In this document: positions 8,893-18,935 of the stretch, one piece after another
How positions within the stretch are numbered: the first letter of the stretch is position 1
Layout of the letters: every line of letters starts with the position of its first letter
Sequence record: SRR22947725_176
Reading direction: 5' to 3' (one strand)
DNA length: 33,590 nt
Made by a program: the position numbers and the translations under genes
The notes under the pieces: model-generated
The model's input: only the letters and a program-made list of their open reading frames with translations
Told to the model about the DNA's origin: nothing
Databases searched by the model: none

Positions 8893-10812
8893 ATGATGTA
8901 TTTGACCTTCAAAACACATTATTTCAACTTGCTCTTTTTCACATTGACTTCGCTTGGTTTATGTGCACAAATAAGTTTACCTGCTTTTTTTTCAGATCAC
9001 ATGGTCTTACAACAGCAGCAGGATATACTTCTTTTTGGTAAGGCCGCTCCCAGTGAACAAGTTGTTGGCAGTTTTAAGGGAGAGGTGCGTAAAACTAATG
9101 CCAATCCAGACGGTTCATGGCGTTTGGTTTTTAGCCCATCTAAAGCTGGTGGTCCATACACCCTTAAATTATCTGGTAATAATACCATTGAATTCAATAA
9201 CATATTTGTTGGTGAAGTATGGTTCTGTTCGGGGCAGTCAAATATGGGATGGCCTCTTTACAAATCAGAAAATGGTATACATGAAACAGAAAATAGCTTT
9301 CACGACAAAATCAAGTTGTTAAATGTTAGACGTTCTATGAGCGGAACTCCAACAAAGGAACTTGATGTTAACAATAAATGGACTCCTTGTACTCCAAAAA
9401 CGGCAAAAAACTTTTCTGCAGTTGCCTATTATTTTGCTCGTGAGTTGTACAAGCGGTATCAAGTCCCTATCGGTTTAATTCATTCCTCGTGGGGCGGATC
9501 AAGTATTGAAGCTTGGATGAACGCAGATGCCTTTAAAAATGATAAAAGTAAAGAACAACTATTAAAGAAAATCAAGTCTACAGATCTTAATCAATTGGAG
9601 CAGGCATACAAATTTGTCGAAAAACAATATAAGATATATTTAGATGAGGCTGATTTAGGCTTAAAACAAAACTGGCAGTCCGTTCAAGAGGATTACAGCT
9701 CGTGGGAAAAAATGCAACTCCCCAATGTATGGAGACGCACTCCCCTGAAACAACGTGTGGGGGTTGTTTGGGTGTCGAAGTCCATAACGCTTTCTGCTCA
9801 AGACACTACTGCTGATTTAGAGCTTAGTTTTGGTTTGATTGACAATGAAGATATCACTTACTTTAATGGCATTCGGGTCGGGTCAATTAAAAAAAATGAT
9901 GTTCCAAGAAAATATACTGTTCCAAAGGAATTGTTAAAGCAAGGAGAAAATATTATCACCATACGCGTTAAAAACCCTTTGGATATTGGAGGTTTTAGAA
10001 GCGGCGAAAACTCATTTTATTTCCGTACAATTTCAGCAAAGGTTTCCTTATCTGGCACTTGGAGATATAAAGTAGGAATACCCAATATTAAAGAACCACC
10101 CAAGCGCGTGCATCCAAAATATTTACCCTCTTCTCTATACAATGCCATGCTTTATCCATTTTTTGATTATAAAATTCGAGGTGTTTTATGGTATCAGGGG
10201 GAGTCTAATGTAAGTAAGGCGACGGAATATGGAAAACTATTTCCTATAATGATTCAAGATTGGAGAGAAAAATGGCAAAACAATATACCTTTTTTATTTG
10301 TTCAACTTCCTAACAGGGCTAATATTGGAATTAAGCAAGCAAATTTTAGAGAGGCTCAAGCCCAAGCCTTAAATCTCGATTTAGTAGGCATGATACCCAC
10401 AATTGATATTGGTGACGATTACAATGTGCACCCAGCTAATAAATATGATGTTGGTTACCGGCTTGCTATCACTGCTGATTATTTGGTATATAATCCAAAA
10501 GTAAGCGGGCATTATCCTAAAATTATTGAGACGGTGCCTAGGTCAAAATCAGTTTTGTTTTCTTTTGACCAATCAATTGTACACAAGGGCACATCTGAAA
10601 TTATCAGGGGATTTGAGATTTTTAAAAATGGTGTTTTTGAGTCCAAAGCCAACGCAAAGCTAGTGGATGAAAAAACCATAGCTGTACTTCATTCAAGTAA
10701 TGATTATCCGATCGAAATCAGATATCTATGGAAAGATGCACCTTCTGAAGTTTCAATTTACAACGATTTAGAAATTCCCTTACCACCTTTCAGGAAAACA
10801 GTTGGTAATTAG
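8893..10812 (+). CDS. Sialate O-acetylesterase-type (SASA, SGNH; CE20-like) carbohydrate acetylesterase with an inserted beta-sandwich domain
   Basis: GEVWFCSGQSNM, FSAVAYYF, WGGSSIEAW, WYQGESN and D..VHP motifs. Signal peptide ending LCA|Q. Confidence 0.85.
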   Translation: MMYLTFKTHYFNLLFFTLTSLGLCAQISLPAFFSDHMVLQQQQDILLFGKAAPSEQVVGSFKGEVRKTNANPDGSWRLVFSPSKAGGPYTLKLSGNNTIEFNNIFVGEVWFCSGQSNMGWPLYKSENGIHETENSFHDKIKLLNVRRSMSGTPTKELDVNNKWTPCTPKTAKNFSAVAYYFARELYKRYQVPIGLIHSSWGGSSIEAWMNADAFKNDKSKEQLLKKIKSTDLNQLEQAYKFVEKQYKIYLDEADLGLKQNWQSVQEDYSSWEKMQLPNVWRRTPLKQRVGVVWVSKSITLSAQDTTADLELSFGLIDNEDITYFNGIRVGSIKKNDVPRKYTVPKELLKQGENIITIRVKNPLDIGGFRSGENSFYFRTISAKVSLSGTWRYKVGIPNIKEPPKRVHPKYLPSSLYNAMLYPFFDYKIRGVLWYQGESNVSKATEYGKLFPIMIQDWREKWQNNIPFLFVQLPNRANIGIKQANFREAQAQALNLDLVGMIPTIDIGDDYNVHPANKYDVGYRLAITADYLVYNPKVSGHYPKIIETVPRSKSVLFSFDQSIVHKGTSEIIRGFEIFKNGVFESKANAKLVDEKTIAVLHSSNDYPIEIRYLWKDAPSEVSIYNDLEIPLPPFRKTVGN

Positions 10813-11897
10813 TTTTTGATGGTAAAAGTATAAATACTAACAGGTTGTTTTGCGACTAAAAAGGAAACATAATAATCTCCTTTTTTAAGTCCAGAAATCG
10901 TTATTTTCTGTTTTCGTAATAATCTAGTATGGGCTATTTTTTTTCCGTTTTCGTCAACTAATTCGATTTCTTCATAGCTGTTTTTTGGTATATTTTTTAG
11001 AGAAACAATCCCTTTTGAATTATTTACCTTTAGTTTGTTGTTTGTTGACTTGGCTCGATAATCTAGCACACTAAGTGGAATCAACTCTTGAATACTAAAA
11101 TCGGCAAACCTCACCTGCTCATCCCTTAAATCAGATAGGCTTTTAATACTTCTATAAATACCCCATTTTGGCCGCGTAAAGCTTGATCCATCCTGCCACA
11201 TATCCATCGCAGAAATATTATAATTAAATAAGACTAACCCATCAGAGACGCGTGAAATTTTTATGTAATAACCCCCTAAGTTGTCGTATTTTATGACCTC
11301 AGTAACTCTAACCCATTGTCCTCGAAATAAATCTAAAGACGCTGTTTTCAATGTACTTTGCATATTGGTAGCGGTATAACGTAATTCCATTCGGTCTGGT
11401 GTAGCCTTTCGTGCTGTGAGTGTAACCATCGGAGTACTAGAATACAGACCTCCGACAGATTTGATTTGATGTAGGTGTGTAAAGTTTTTTGAGACTTTAA
11501 AATTTTGAGGTAGTTTAAACTTCCACGAGTAAGCAACGGTTTCCCCTTGAATTGCTTTTAGGTTGTCTGGTGATCCACCATATGTTTTGATTTCTACACG
11601 CTGACGATCAAAGTTTTGGCAACGGTCATTATCGGGTGTTTTGTGTACTAAAAAATTAAAAACATATTTCCCTAGTTCGTTATCATACACTTCTTCAATA
11701 TGTCTTCCAAATTCTGTGTGAACGCAGTCAGGAACTTCTACCACATCTCTTCCTGGAGCCAAAGCATTATTTATTTCTTCATACGTTTTACCAAGACCAT
11801 TTGCAGATAGCCATACTTTTTGTGCGTTCGCTATGTTAAAAACAAAAATATTAAAAGCGAATACTTTTAATAATGGCCTATAGTAAAACGTTTTCAA
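10809..11897 (-). CDS. Secreted beta-jelly-roll polysaccharide lyase (Polysacc_lyase/heparin lyase I-like), paralog A, with a degenerate T9SS-like tail
   Basis: DRQRVEIK, HLHQIK and RPKWGIYRS resemble the RxE, QxH/K and KxGxY strands of jelly-roll lyases. TTG start overlaps the upstream stop (TTGA). Paralog of 31863-32975. Confidence 0.65.
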   Translation of the reverse strand: MKTFYYRPLLKVFAFNIFVFNIANAQKVWLSANGLGKTYEEINNALAPGRDVVEVPDCVHTEFGRHIEEVYDNELGKYVFNFLVHKTPDNDRCQNFDRQRVEIKTYGGSPDNLKAIQGETVAYSWKFKLPQNFKVSKNFTHLHQIKSVGGLYSSTPMVTLTARKATPDRMELRYTATNMQSTLKTASLDLFRGQWVRVTEVIKYDNLGGYYIKISRVSDGLVLFNYNISAMDMWQDGSSFTRPKWGIYRSIKSLSDLRDEQVRFADFSIQELIPLSVLDYRAKSTNNKLKVNNSKGIVSLKNIPKNSYEEIELVDENGKKIAHTRLLRKQKITISGLKKGDYYVSFLVAKQPVSIYTFTIKN

Positions 11898-13072
11898 AGT
11901 TGTTTATTTTGTCTAATTATAGAAACTTGTAGTGGACTTTCTAGGCATTGTGCAAACTGTTCCAAATAGTTGTTCCATTCGTCTTTACTATCAAATTGAC
12001 CACTTTTTTTCCATCCGAAACCTGCATAGTAGCTAAACAACCCATTATAGCTTCTATTAAGTTCGAGAAATAAGTTGCTTTTATCTTTTTCGCTTGAAAT
12101 ATATTCATCAACACCATTCACATTTTTAACATTGGTGACGATCCCCATTCCTAATGCTGAGTCATCGTGTGGCTCCCAATAGCTAATCCAGCCATTATTC
12201 GAATTTGCCGTAATTTCACCTTCTTTTTTATGAAGCGTAATTCCAGTTGAAATAGTTTTTACCCCTTCTAATTTAATTGAGAATTTTGATAAATTTTGGC
12301 CAAAGTCCAACGAAATAATTTTCTTTTCAGAGATGATTTTACCATTTGCCTCCCAATTATCGTATGTTAACTCGAATTTTGTTCTAATTGGGCCATTTGT
12401 AATGGTTTTCCAATCGACGAAATTTTTTGAAGTTGCATATGACTCTTTTGTTTTTACAGCAATTCCACCAATCCCCCTGCTTGTTCCAACATGGAAATTA
12501 TCCAACCCCTCACCATTGTCAATATGATAAGACGCTTCACCAGACAAATGTTGTTTATACCATTTGTTGATGATGGGGTATTCCACTCTCTTTAGCCAAG
12601 CATCTATACCGCTGGTTAGGGTACCTCCTTTGATATTTTCTTCAATCATCTTTTGAGCAGTTGGCCCAAAAGTCCGAAAAGCAACGCGGTTATTTTCCCA
12701 TGCATAATCGTCAGTTCGTTCTGGCACAAAACGTGAGTAACAATGCGTTTCTAGTAACTGCGGTGCATTTGAATATTTTATGTAAAATACCTTTTCAACG
12801 TTTGCAGGAATTTGAGGTTGAAACAATAGCACATCTTTCTGTCCATCTAAATTATTGTCAACAAGTTGTGATGTGATTTTTTCATCTTTTAAAGCACTAA
12901 CTACCATTAAGTATTTATCGTTGAGGTTTAAATGAGAAACATCAACTTCAACAGTTTCAAACATGCGGTCAACTGACAAGTCATTTTTAATATGTACAAC
13001 TATGGCGATGTCATTTTTGTTTGAACAGCTAAACAACACTAAAGAAGCATAAAGAAAATACAATAGTTTCAT
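11894..13072 (-). CDS. DUF4861-family lipoprotein
   Basis: Lipobox LFSC. RFVPERTDDYAWENNRVAFRTFGP, SGIDAWLKR and YHIDNGEGLDNFHVG resemble DUF4861. Confidence 0.75.
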   Translation of the reverse strand: MKLLYFLYASLVLFSCSNKNDIAIVVHIKNDLSVDRMFETVEVDVSHLNLNDKYLMVVSALKDEKITSQLVDNNLDGQKDVLLFQPQIPANVEKVFYIKYSNAPQLLETHCYSRFVPERTDDYAWENNRVAFRTFGPTAQKMIEENIKGGTLTSGIDAWLKRVEYPIINKWYKQHLSGEASYHIDNGEGLDNFHVGTSRGIGGIAVKTKESYATSKNFVDWKTITNGPIRTKFELTYDNWEANGKIISEKKIISLDFGQNLSKFSIKLEGVKTISTGITLHKKEGEITANSNNGWISYWEPHDDSALGMGIVTNVKNVNGVDEYISSEKDKSNLFLELNRSYNGLFSYYAGFGWKKSGQFDSKDEWNNYLEQFAQCLESPLQVSIIRQNKQL

Positions 13073-13134
13073 GATGAATGTTTTATAACCAAAAATCTGT
13101 AATTAGCATAAACTAAATTAACATTTTATCAGAG

Positions 13135-14322
13135 TTACAAGGATTGTCTGATACCTAGCTCCAAACCTCTTAACTCAGCTAAACCACGTAAACGTCCTAT
13201 ACCTGAATATCCCGGATTTGTTTTTTTAATTAAGTCGTCTAGCATTTTATGACCATGGTCAGGTCTAAAAGGCATACGCATATCTTTTCTCTCATTTTTT
13301 TGCCTTAGTATTTGTTCCTCAATCAAGGCTTTCATAACTCCAAACATATCCACATCGCCTTCTAGATGGTTGGCCTCATGAAAGTTTCCGTTTTTATCTC
13401 TTTTGGTTGCGCGCAAATGAATAAAATGAATACGGCTACCTAATCGTTTTACCATACCCACCAAGTCATTATCCGCACGAACACCAAAAGAACCCGTGCA
13501 AAAAGTCAGACCATTGTTGGGACTTTTAACTGCATCGTATAAGTCGATGACATCTTGTTCTGTACTTAACACTCTGGGTAATCCAAGAATGGGATAAGGC
13601 GGATCATCGGGATGAATACACAACAGAATCCCTGCTTTTTCAGCAGCAGGAATTATCTCTGCGACAAAAGAAAATAGATTTGCCTTTAGTTCTTTTGCCC
13701 CTATGTTTTTGTAAGTCGCTAATATTTCGTTGAACTCTTCTAAAGTGTAACCTTCTTCAGCTCCCGGTAGTCCAGCGATAATATTTTTAATTAATTTTTG
13801 TTGTTGTTCTAAAGAACTATTTTCAAGATATTTTTTAGCTGCTATAATCTCAGCTTCAGAATAAGCTTCTGTTGCACCAGGCCTCTTTAGTAAAAACAAT
13901 TCAAAAGCAGCAAATGCAGCAGCTTCAAATCGCAGAGCCGTAGATGAATCTGAAACTTCATAATCTAAGTTTGTACGTGTCCAGTCTAAAACAGGCATAA
14001 AGTTGTAACAAACAATATCGATACCACAGGCTCCTAAATTTAAAAGCGTTTGTTTGTAATTGTCTATGTACGTTTGGTAGTTTCCAGATTTGGTTTTGAT
14101 ATTTTCATGTACGGGTACACTTTCAACAACTGACCAAGTAAGTCCTGCTTTTGCAATTTCAGCTTGCCGTTTTTTTATGTCATTAATTGGCCAAACAACT
14201 CCATTAGGAATTTGATGAAGTGCAGAAACGATTCCTGTTGCACCTGCTTGCTTGATGTCCAACAGAGACACAGGGTCATTAGGACCATACCAGCGCCAAG
14301 TTTGTTCTAGTGAAATATGCAT
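13135..14322 (-). CDS. uxuA: Mannonate dehydratase
   Basis: [43 protein letters not shown] and NPGYS motifs. Confidence 0.97.
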   Translation of the reverse strand: MHISLEQTWRWYGPNDPVSLLDIKQAGATGIVSALHQIPNGVVWPINDIKKRQAEIAKAGLTWSVVESVPVHENIKTKSGNYQTYIDNYKQTLLNLGACGIDIVCYNFMPVLDWTRTNLDYEVSDSSTALRFEAAAFAAFELFLLKRPGATEAYSEAEIIAAKKYLENSSLEQQQKLIKNIIAGLPGAEEGYTLEEFNEILATYKNIGAKELKANLFSFVAEIIPAAEKAGILLCIHPDDPPYPILGLPRVLSTEQDVIDLYDAVKSPNNGLTFCTGSFGVRADNDLVGMVKRLGSRIHFIHLRATKRDKNGNFHEANHLEGDVDMFGVMKALIEEQILRQKNERKDMRMPFRPDHGHKMLDDLIKKTNPGYSGIGRLRGLAELRGLELGIRQSL

Positions 14323-14333
14323 ATTATTAAATA

Positions 14334-15161
14334 TTAAACGCCACTATATGCGGCAAACCCTCCATCAATTGGAATTACTACTCCAGTAACGAATTTTGAT
14401 CCCTCACCACAAAGCCATATGGTAGTGCCAACCAAGTCGTCAGGTGTACCATAGCGCCCCATAGGAGTCTGATCAATAATTTGTTGTCCTCGTTGTGTTA
14501 AACTTCCATCCGTATTTGTTAACAGTGTTCTGTTCTGATCGGTAAGGAAAAACCCAGGAGCAAGGGCATTTACGCGGATACCTACTTTAGAAAAATGAAC
14601 CGCCAACCATTGTGTGAAATTAGATACAGCAGCTTTAGCTCCACTGTATGCAGGAATTTTTGTCAATGGAGTAAAGGCATTCATAGACGAAATATTCAGG
14701 ATACTACAATTTTCCCGACCTACCATATCTTGCGCAAAAACTTGTGTGGGAAGTAAGGTGCCAAGAAAATTTAGATTAAATGTAAACTCAATACCTTTAG
14801 GGTCTAAGTCAAAAAAAGTTTTAAACCCTTCGTTTTTATTCTCCATATCTTCCAGTGCAAAGAACGGATTTGAAGTTGTTCCCATCGGGTGATTTCCACC
14901 AGCGCCATTTATCAAAATATCTATTTTACCAAAGGCTTTATTTATCGTTTCTTTCGCACGTATCAAAGTATCTTTTTCTAAAACATTAGCAGCCTGGCCA
15001 ATGGCATTTCCACCATTTGCTTTAATACGTGCTACAACTGCATCTGCGGCCTCCATTCGAAGGTCTAATACAGCAATTTTATGTCCTTCTTGAGCAAGTG
15101 CCTCAGCTAGTTTTCCACACAAAACTCCGCCAGCTCCTGTCAATACAATTGTTTTACCCAT
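14334..15161 (-). CDS. uxuB: SDR-family D-mannonate oxidoreductase (fructuronate reductase)
   Basis: [32 protein letters not shown]. Adjacent to uxuA. Start moved to the ATG at 15161 (MGKTIVLTG) rather than 15248. Confidence 0.85.
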   Translation of the reverse strand: MGKTIVLTGAGGVLCGKLAEALAQEGHKIAVLDLRMEAADAVVARIKANGGNAIGQAANVLEKDTLIRAKETINKAFGKIDILINGAGGNHPMGTTSNPFFALEDMENKNEGFKTFFDLDPKGIEFTFNLNFLGTLLPTQVFAQDMVGRENCSILNISSMNAFTPLTKIPAYSGAKAAVSNFTQWLAVHFSKVGIRVNALAPGFFLTDQNRTLLTNTDGSLTQRGQQIIDQTPMGRYGTPDDLVGTTIWLCGEGSKFVTGVVIPIDGGFAAYSGV

Positions 15162-15418
15162 TTTTAATATTTTGTGTGAATTTAAAGTAAATTTAGAAGA
15201 AACATATTTGCTGCGCATCTCTTCTTTGCATTTGGCATTATTCCACAACTAATTTTGTACAATACTTTACCGCAAATAAACACACATAATTAATAATTAT
15301 CGTTGCGTACACAAAGTGCTTAATATTGTTCATATTTATGATTTGATGTTTTGAATTTTTCGTTGAATACCAACATTTTGATTAAATTGAGTGACTTTAA
15401 TAATTAAGCAAAATATTA

Positions 15419-17800
15419 ATGAAAATTTTACACATAAGAATAACTGTTTTACTCCTTTTTTCAAGTTTTTTTGCAACTGCCCAATCTATTATGGTTTCTA
15501 CAATAGATGAGTACAATTCGGCCATTAAAAAAGTAAGCACTGGAGGCACTATAATTTTAAAGAATGGTGAGTGGAAAGATGTTTCACTCAATGCATTCGG
15601 CAATGGAACCAAACAAAACCCAATTATTGTAAAAGCCGAAACACCAGGCAAAGTTTTGATTACGGGCGATTCAAGTTTGAGCATTTATGGGACTTATGTC
15701 ATTGTTAGTGGTTTATGGTTTAAAGATGGTATGACAACAAAAAAACACGTTGTACAGTTTAGAAAAAACTCAAAAATATTTGCATATAACTGTAGGTTTA
15801 CCAACTCCACCATTTCATATTTTGATACTGCTGAAGATATCAGTAATCATTGGGTTGATTTATATGGTAAAAACAACCGCGTAGACCACAATAACTTTAC
15901 AGGAAAGGAATCGCGAGGAACTACTTTAGTTGTGGTTTTACGGGATATTGAACACCAGGACAACAACCATAGGATTGACCACAATTATTTTGGATCACGA
16001 CCTGAATTAGGTGAAAATGGGGGCGAAACCATTCGAGTAGGTACAAGTACTTACTCTCGTAGTTCTTCCAAAACCCTTATAGAAAATAATATTTTTAGTG
16101 GCTGTAACGGAGAATCTGAAATCATTTCAAACAAATCAGGAGATAATATCTACCGCAACAACTTATTCATTGAAAGTGAGGGAACATTGACCCTTAGACA
16201 CGGTAACAATGCACTTGTAGAAAATAATGTATTTGTTGGGAATGGTAAGTCAAAAACGGGTGGTGTTCGCGTTATTAATGCTGGGCATGTGGTTCAAAAC
16301 AACTTGATGATTAGTCTTAAAGGCACTGGTTTCAGGGGGCCAATTGTTGTTATGAATGGTGTTCCAAACTCTCCATTAAATCGCTATGATCAAGTAAAGG
16401 ATGTTGTGATACAAAATAACACGGTCATTGATTGTAGTCCTATTACTTTTGGTGCCGGGAAGAGCGCTGAGTTATCCTTGCCAGCTATCAACTCTGTGTT
16501 CACCAACAATTTAGTATTAAATACTGAGGGCGGTAAAGTAGCGGAGTATTTAGATCGTGTTGATGGTATTCAATTTAGCGGAAATATTGTTGATAGTGAT
16601 ACCCCCGTAGATTCTCGCTTTTTTACCAAAGCGTCAATAGATTGGTCATATGATATTTCAATTCCTGTTCCATCCGAAAACAACTCCGTATTAGATGTTA
16701 GTGAGAATGTTAAAAGCCCTGCTAGGGACATACTAAATGCGACAAGATCCAACTTAACTGCAGGCGCCTTTAATTTAGGGTCTACTAAAATTCCAAAAGC
16801 ATTAAAACTAAGAGCCGGCCCAGGTTGGAAGCCCAATATCAAAATACGTGTAAAAAAACCAGCTGTCATTGAGGTATTTCCTGGCCCTGGAAATTTGAGG
16901 CGTGCTATTGACAAAGCATCTTCAGGTTCCACCATCCGCTTGGCAGGGGCAATATATGAAATAGAAAAAAGTATAAAAGTTGAAAAGGAGATTACCATTG
17001 AAGGCGCTTCTGATGGATCAACTATGCTTAAATCTATGGAAGATTTGGACAGCCCATTTATGTATTTTTTTAAAGTAACTGAGGGTGGGAAGTTAAGGAT
17101 GAAAAACCTAACTCTTGATGCCCTGGATCAAAACGCAATTAAGTATGCATTAACATCGCCCTCTGAAAATGAATCTGGGCTATATAGTATTTATGCGGAT
17201 AATTGTATTTTCCAAAACTTCAACACTAAAAATGGTGGAAGTATATTTAAGGCATATGTTGGTACAACAGCGGACACGCTTAGCTTTACCAATACACGTT
17301 TTGAAAACAGCTATCGTGGCCTTAATTTATCTTACGATAAAGATAATATGGGTAAATACAACGCAAATGTTATTATACTCAACAATACTGTTTTTAAGGA
17401 TATTGAAGAGCACGCGGTAAATTATTTAAGAAAAACTTCCGACATAAGCCTCCCTGGTGGGGAGCTTATTATTGACCATTGTGTATTTGATAATGTTTAC
17501 AACAGTGAGAAAGGAAAAATTATAGTTTCTGATGGAATACACAAGGTAAACATCACCAATTCTGTATTTGTGAATAGCTATAAAATACAAATCCCATTCC
17601 GCCTATCTGGTGCTGCAAACAAGATAGATAATTGCCTTTTTCATGACGTAGGATTCCCTAAATTTTTAAAGGGCGTAATGGACACTAATGTGCTGTACAA
17701 AAAACCAAAATGGTCTGATGATAATGCATACATCCCAGATGCAAAGTCTCCTTTATTAAAAGACAAAAACGGAGTAGGGGATATTGGTCTGATTTACTAA
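15419..17800 (+). CDS. PL6 (chondroitinase B-fold) polysaccharide lyase, probably an alginate lyase, with a second C-terminal beta-helix domain
   Basis: NRVDHN, NGGETIRVGTS, EIISNKS and GTLTLRHG (the catalytic Lys/Arg region of PL6). Signal peptide ending ATA|Q. 793 aa two-domain size. Confidence 0.9.
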   Translation: MKILHIRITVLLLFSSFFATAQSIMVSTIDEYNSAIKKVSTGGTIILKNGEWKDVSLNAFGNGTKQNPIIVKAETPGKVLITGDSSLSIYGTYVIVSGLWFKDGMTTKKHVVQFRKNSKIFAYNCRFTNSTISYFDTAEDISNHWVDLYGKNNRVDHNNFTGKESRGTTLVVVLRDIEHQDNNHRIDHNYFGSRPELGENGGETIRVGTSTYSRSSSKTLIENNIFSGCNGESEIISNKSGDNIYRNNLFIESEGTLTLRHGNNALVENNVFVGNGKSKTGGVRVINAGHVVQNNLMISLKGTGFRGPIVVMNGVPNSPLNRYDQVKDVVIQNNTVIDCSPITFGAGKSAELSLPAINSVFTNNLVLNTEGGKVAEYLDRVDGIQFSGNIVDSDTPVDSRFFTKASIDWSYDISIPVPSENNSVLDVSENVKSPARDILNATRSNLTAGAFNLGSTKIPKALKLRAGPGWKPNIKIRVKKPAVIEVFPGPGNLRRAIDKASSGSTIRLAGAIYEIEKSIKVEKEITIEGASDGSTMLKSMEDLDSPFMYFFKVTEGGKLRMKNLTLDALDQNAIKYALTSPSENESGLYSIYADNCIFQNFNTKNGGSIFKAYVGTTADTLSFTNTRFENSYRGLNLSYDKDNMGKYNANVIILNNTVFKDIEEHAVNYLRKTSDISLPGGELIIDHCVFDNVYNSEKGKIIVSDGIHKVNITNSVFVNSYKIQIPFRLSGAANKIDNCLFHDVGFPKFLKGVMDTNVLYKKPKWSDDNAYIPDAKSPLLKDKNGVGDIGLIY

Positions 17801-17822
17801 TTCTTTTATTGTATCTATAAAC

Positions 17823-17850
17823 AAAAAAAGCACCCATCTAGGGTGCTTTT
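17823..17850. terminator. Bidirectional intrinsic terminator between the convergent PL6 and T9SS genes
   Basis: AAAAGCACCC-ATCTA-GGGTGCTTTT, a perfect 10-bp inverted repeat with A/T tails. Confidence 0.9.
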
Positions 17851-17869
17851 AGAATAAGTCTTAAAAAGT

Positions 17870-18823
17870 TTAGCGTTTTACTAGTTTGCTAACGGATGTT
17901 TTTCCTTCGTCTTCAATTTCAATCATGTAAAGGCCACTTAGTTGACTCGTTAAGTCAAGTGAGTTGGCATTTGTAACTTCCTTAATAAGTTGGCCACTTA
18001 TATTAAACACGCGAATAGCATCAACTGATTTTTTTCCAGAAATATGAACCATACCATTTGTTGGGTTTGGATACATATGAATTTTGGCATCAGATAAATC
18101 GCTTATAGAAGCTGTATTAGCTTCAACAAGCGATAAGTTGTCAATAAAGACTTCAGTTGCGCTATCTACAGCTTCTAAACACCTAACATATATAACCACT
18201 ATATTTTCAGAGGCAGTAAAATTAAATGTACTTGTCGTAAAAGTGTTTGTATCTGCATCTCCTTTGCTAGAATTGAAATCATTTGTGATTTTGAGATAAG
18301 CATCTACACTACTCTCAGCAGCAGGATCATTTGCATCTACACTTGTTTCGTCGGTGATTACAGTATTTAGAATAAAAACTTCACTATTTAGATTTTCAAC
18401 TTCAGAGCGTGATTCCATTGAAAATGTATATTCAGTTCCAGCGGTAACAGCAATTTCTTGATACAATCGCCTTGAAGAACTATACAATTTAAATCCTCTA
18501 GTTTTGACGCCATCCTGATATGTGCCGTCAGTAGTTGATCCAGGTTGTTCATCAGTGCCATAAGCCCCATCAATAAAGGTATTTAAAGCAGTGTTGTTCC
18601 ATAATGCTTTGAATGGACTATCTACAGTTTCACCGTTAAGGTTTACAATTGTACTGGGTGGCGTCATGTCAAATGCATCAGCGTTATCTGTTCCATTCCA
18701 TTCATCAGATGAGCCATTTAATATCAGATTTTGACTCCAGCCGAAATTCACAAAGAAACATAACATCAAAATTGTAATTGTGTATGTTGTCTTATTATTT
18801 GTTTTGAGTAAATATTTTTTCAT
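17870..18823 (-). CDS. T9SS-secreted protein with an acidic CBM-like beta-sandwich and no recognisable catalytic domain
   Basis: Signal peptide ending WS|Q. NLILNG...LYQEIAV...VFIDNLSL is a CBM4/9-like pattern. C-terminal MYPNPT...GLYMIEI...KLVKR is a T9SS type A sorting domain. Confidence 0.75.
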   Translation of the reverse strand: MKKYLLKTNNKTTYTITILMLCFFVNFGWSQNLILNGSSDEWNGTDNADAFDMTPPSTIVNLNGETVDSPFKALWNNTALNTFIDGAYGTDEQPGSTTDGTYQDGVKTRGFKLYSSSRRLYQEIAVTAGTEYTFSMESRSEVENLNSEVFILNTVITDETSVDANDPAAESSVDAYLKITNDFNSSKGDADTNTFTTSTFNFTASENIVVIYVRCLEAVDSATEVFIDNLSLVEANTASISDLSDAKIHMYPNPTNGMVHISGKKSVDAIRVFNISGQLIKEVTNANSLDLTSQLSGLYMIEIEDEGKTSVSKLVKR

Positions 18824-18935
18824 AAAAGTGGTATTTTAATGTATAAATTTAGTTTGATTTTAGGTTAATATAATATTGAAAAGGAGTAAAATCGTACGTA
18901 TTTTTAGTTTATTGTAATGCTATATTCATTTAAGT

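Noticed and set aside
15162-15248. 29-aa N-terminal extension of the uxuB ORF
   Set aside because: The SDR nucleotide-binding motif begins right after the ATG at 15161, which has an A-rich leader. The extension looks non-coding.
15294-15319. Possible LacI-like site upstream of uxuB (minus strand GCACTTTGTGTACGCAACGATAATTA)
   Set aside because: Only a half-site resembles TGCAATCCATTGCA, too degenerate to call.
15362-15374. GTTGAATACCAAC upstream of PL6 as a third GntR-like box
   Set aside because: It is a single box with a mismatch, with no tandem partner and no adjacent -7 element.
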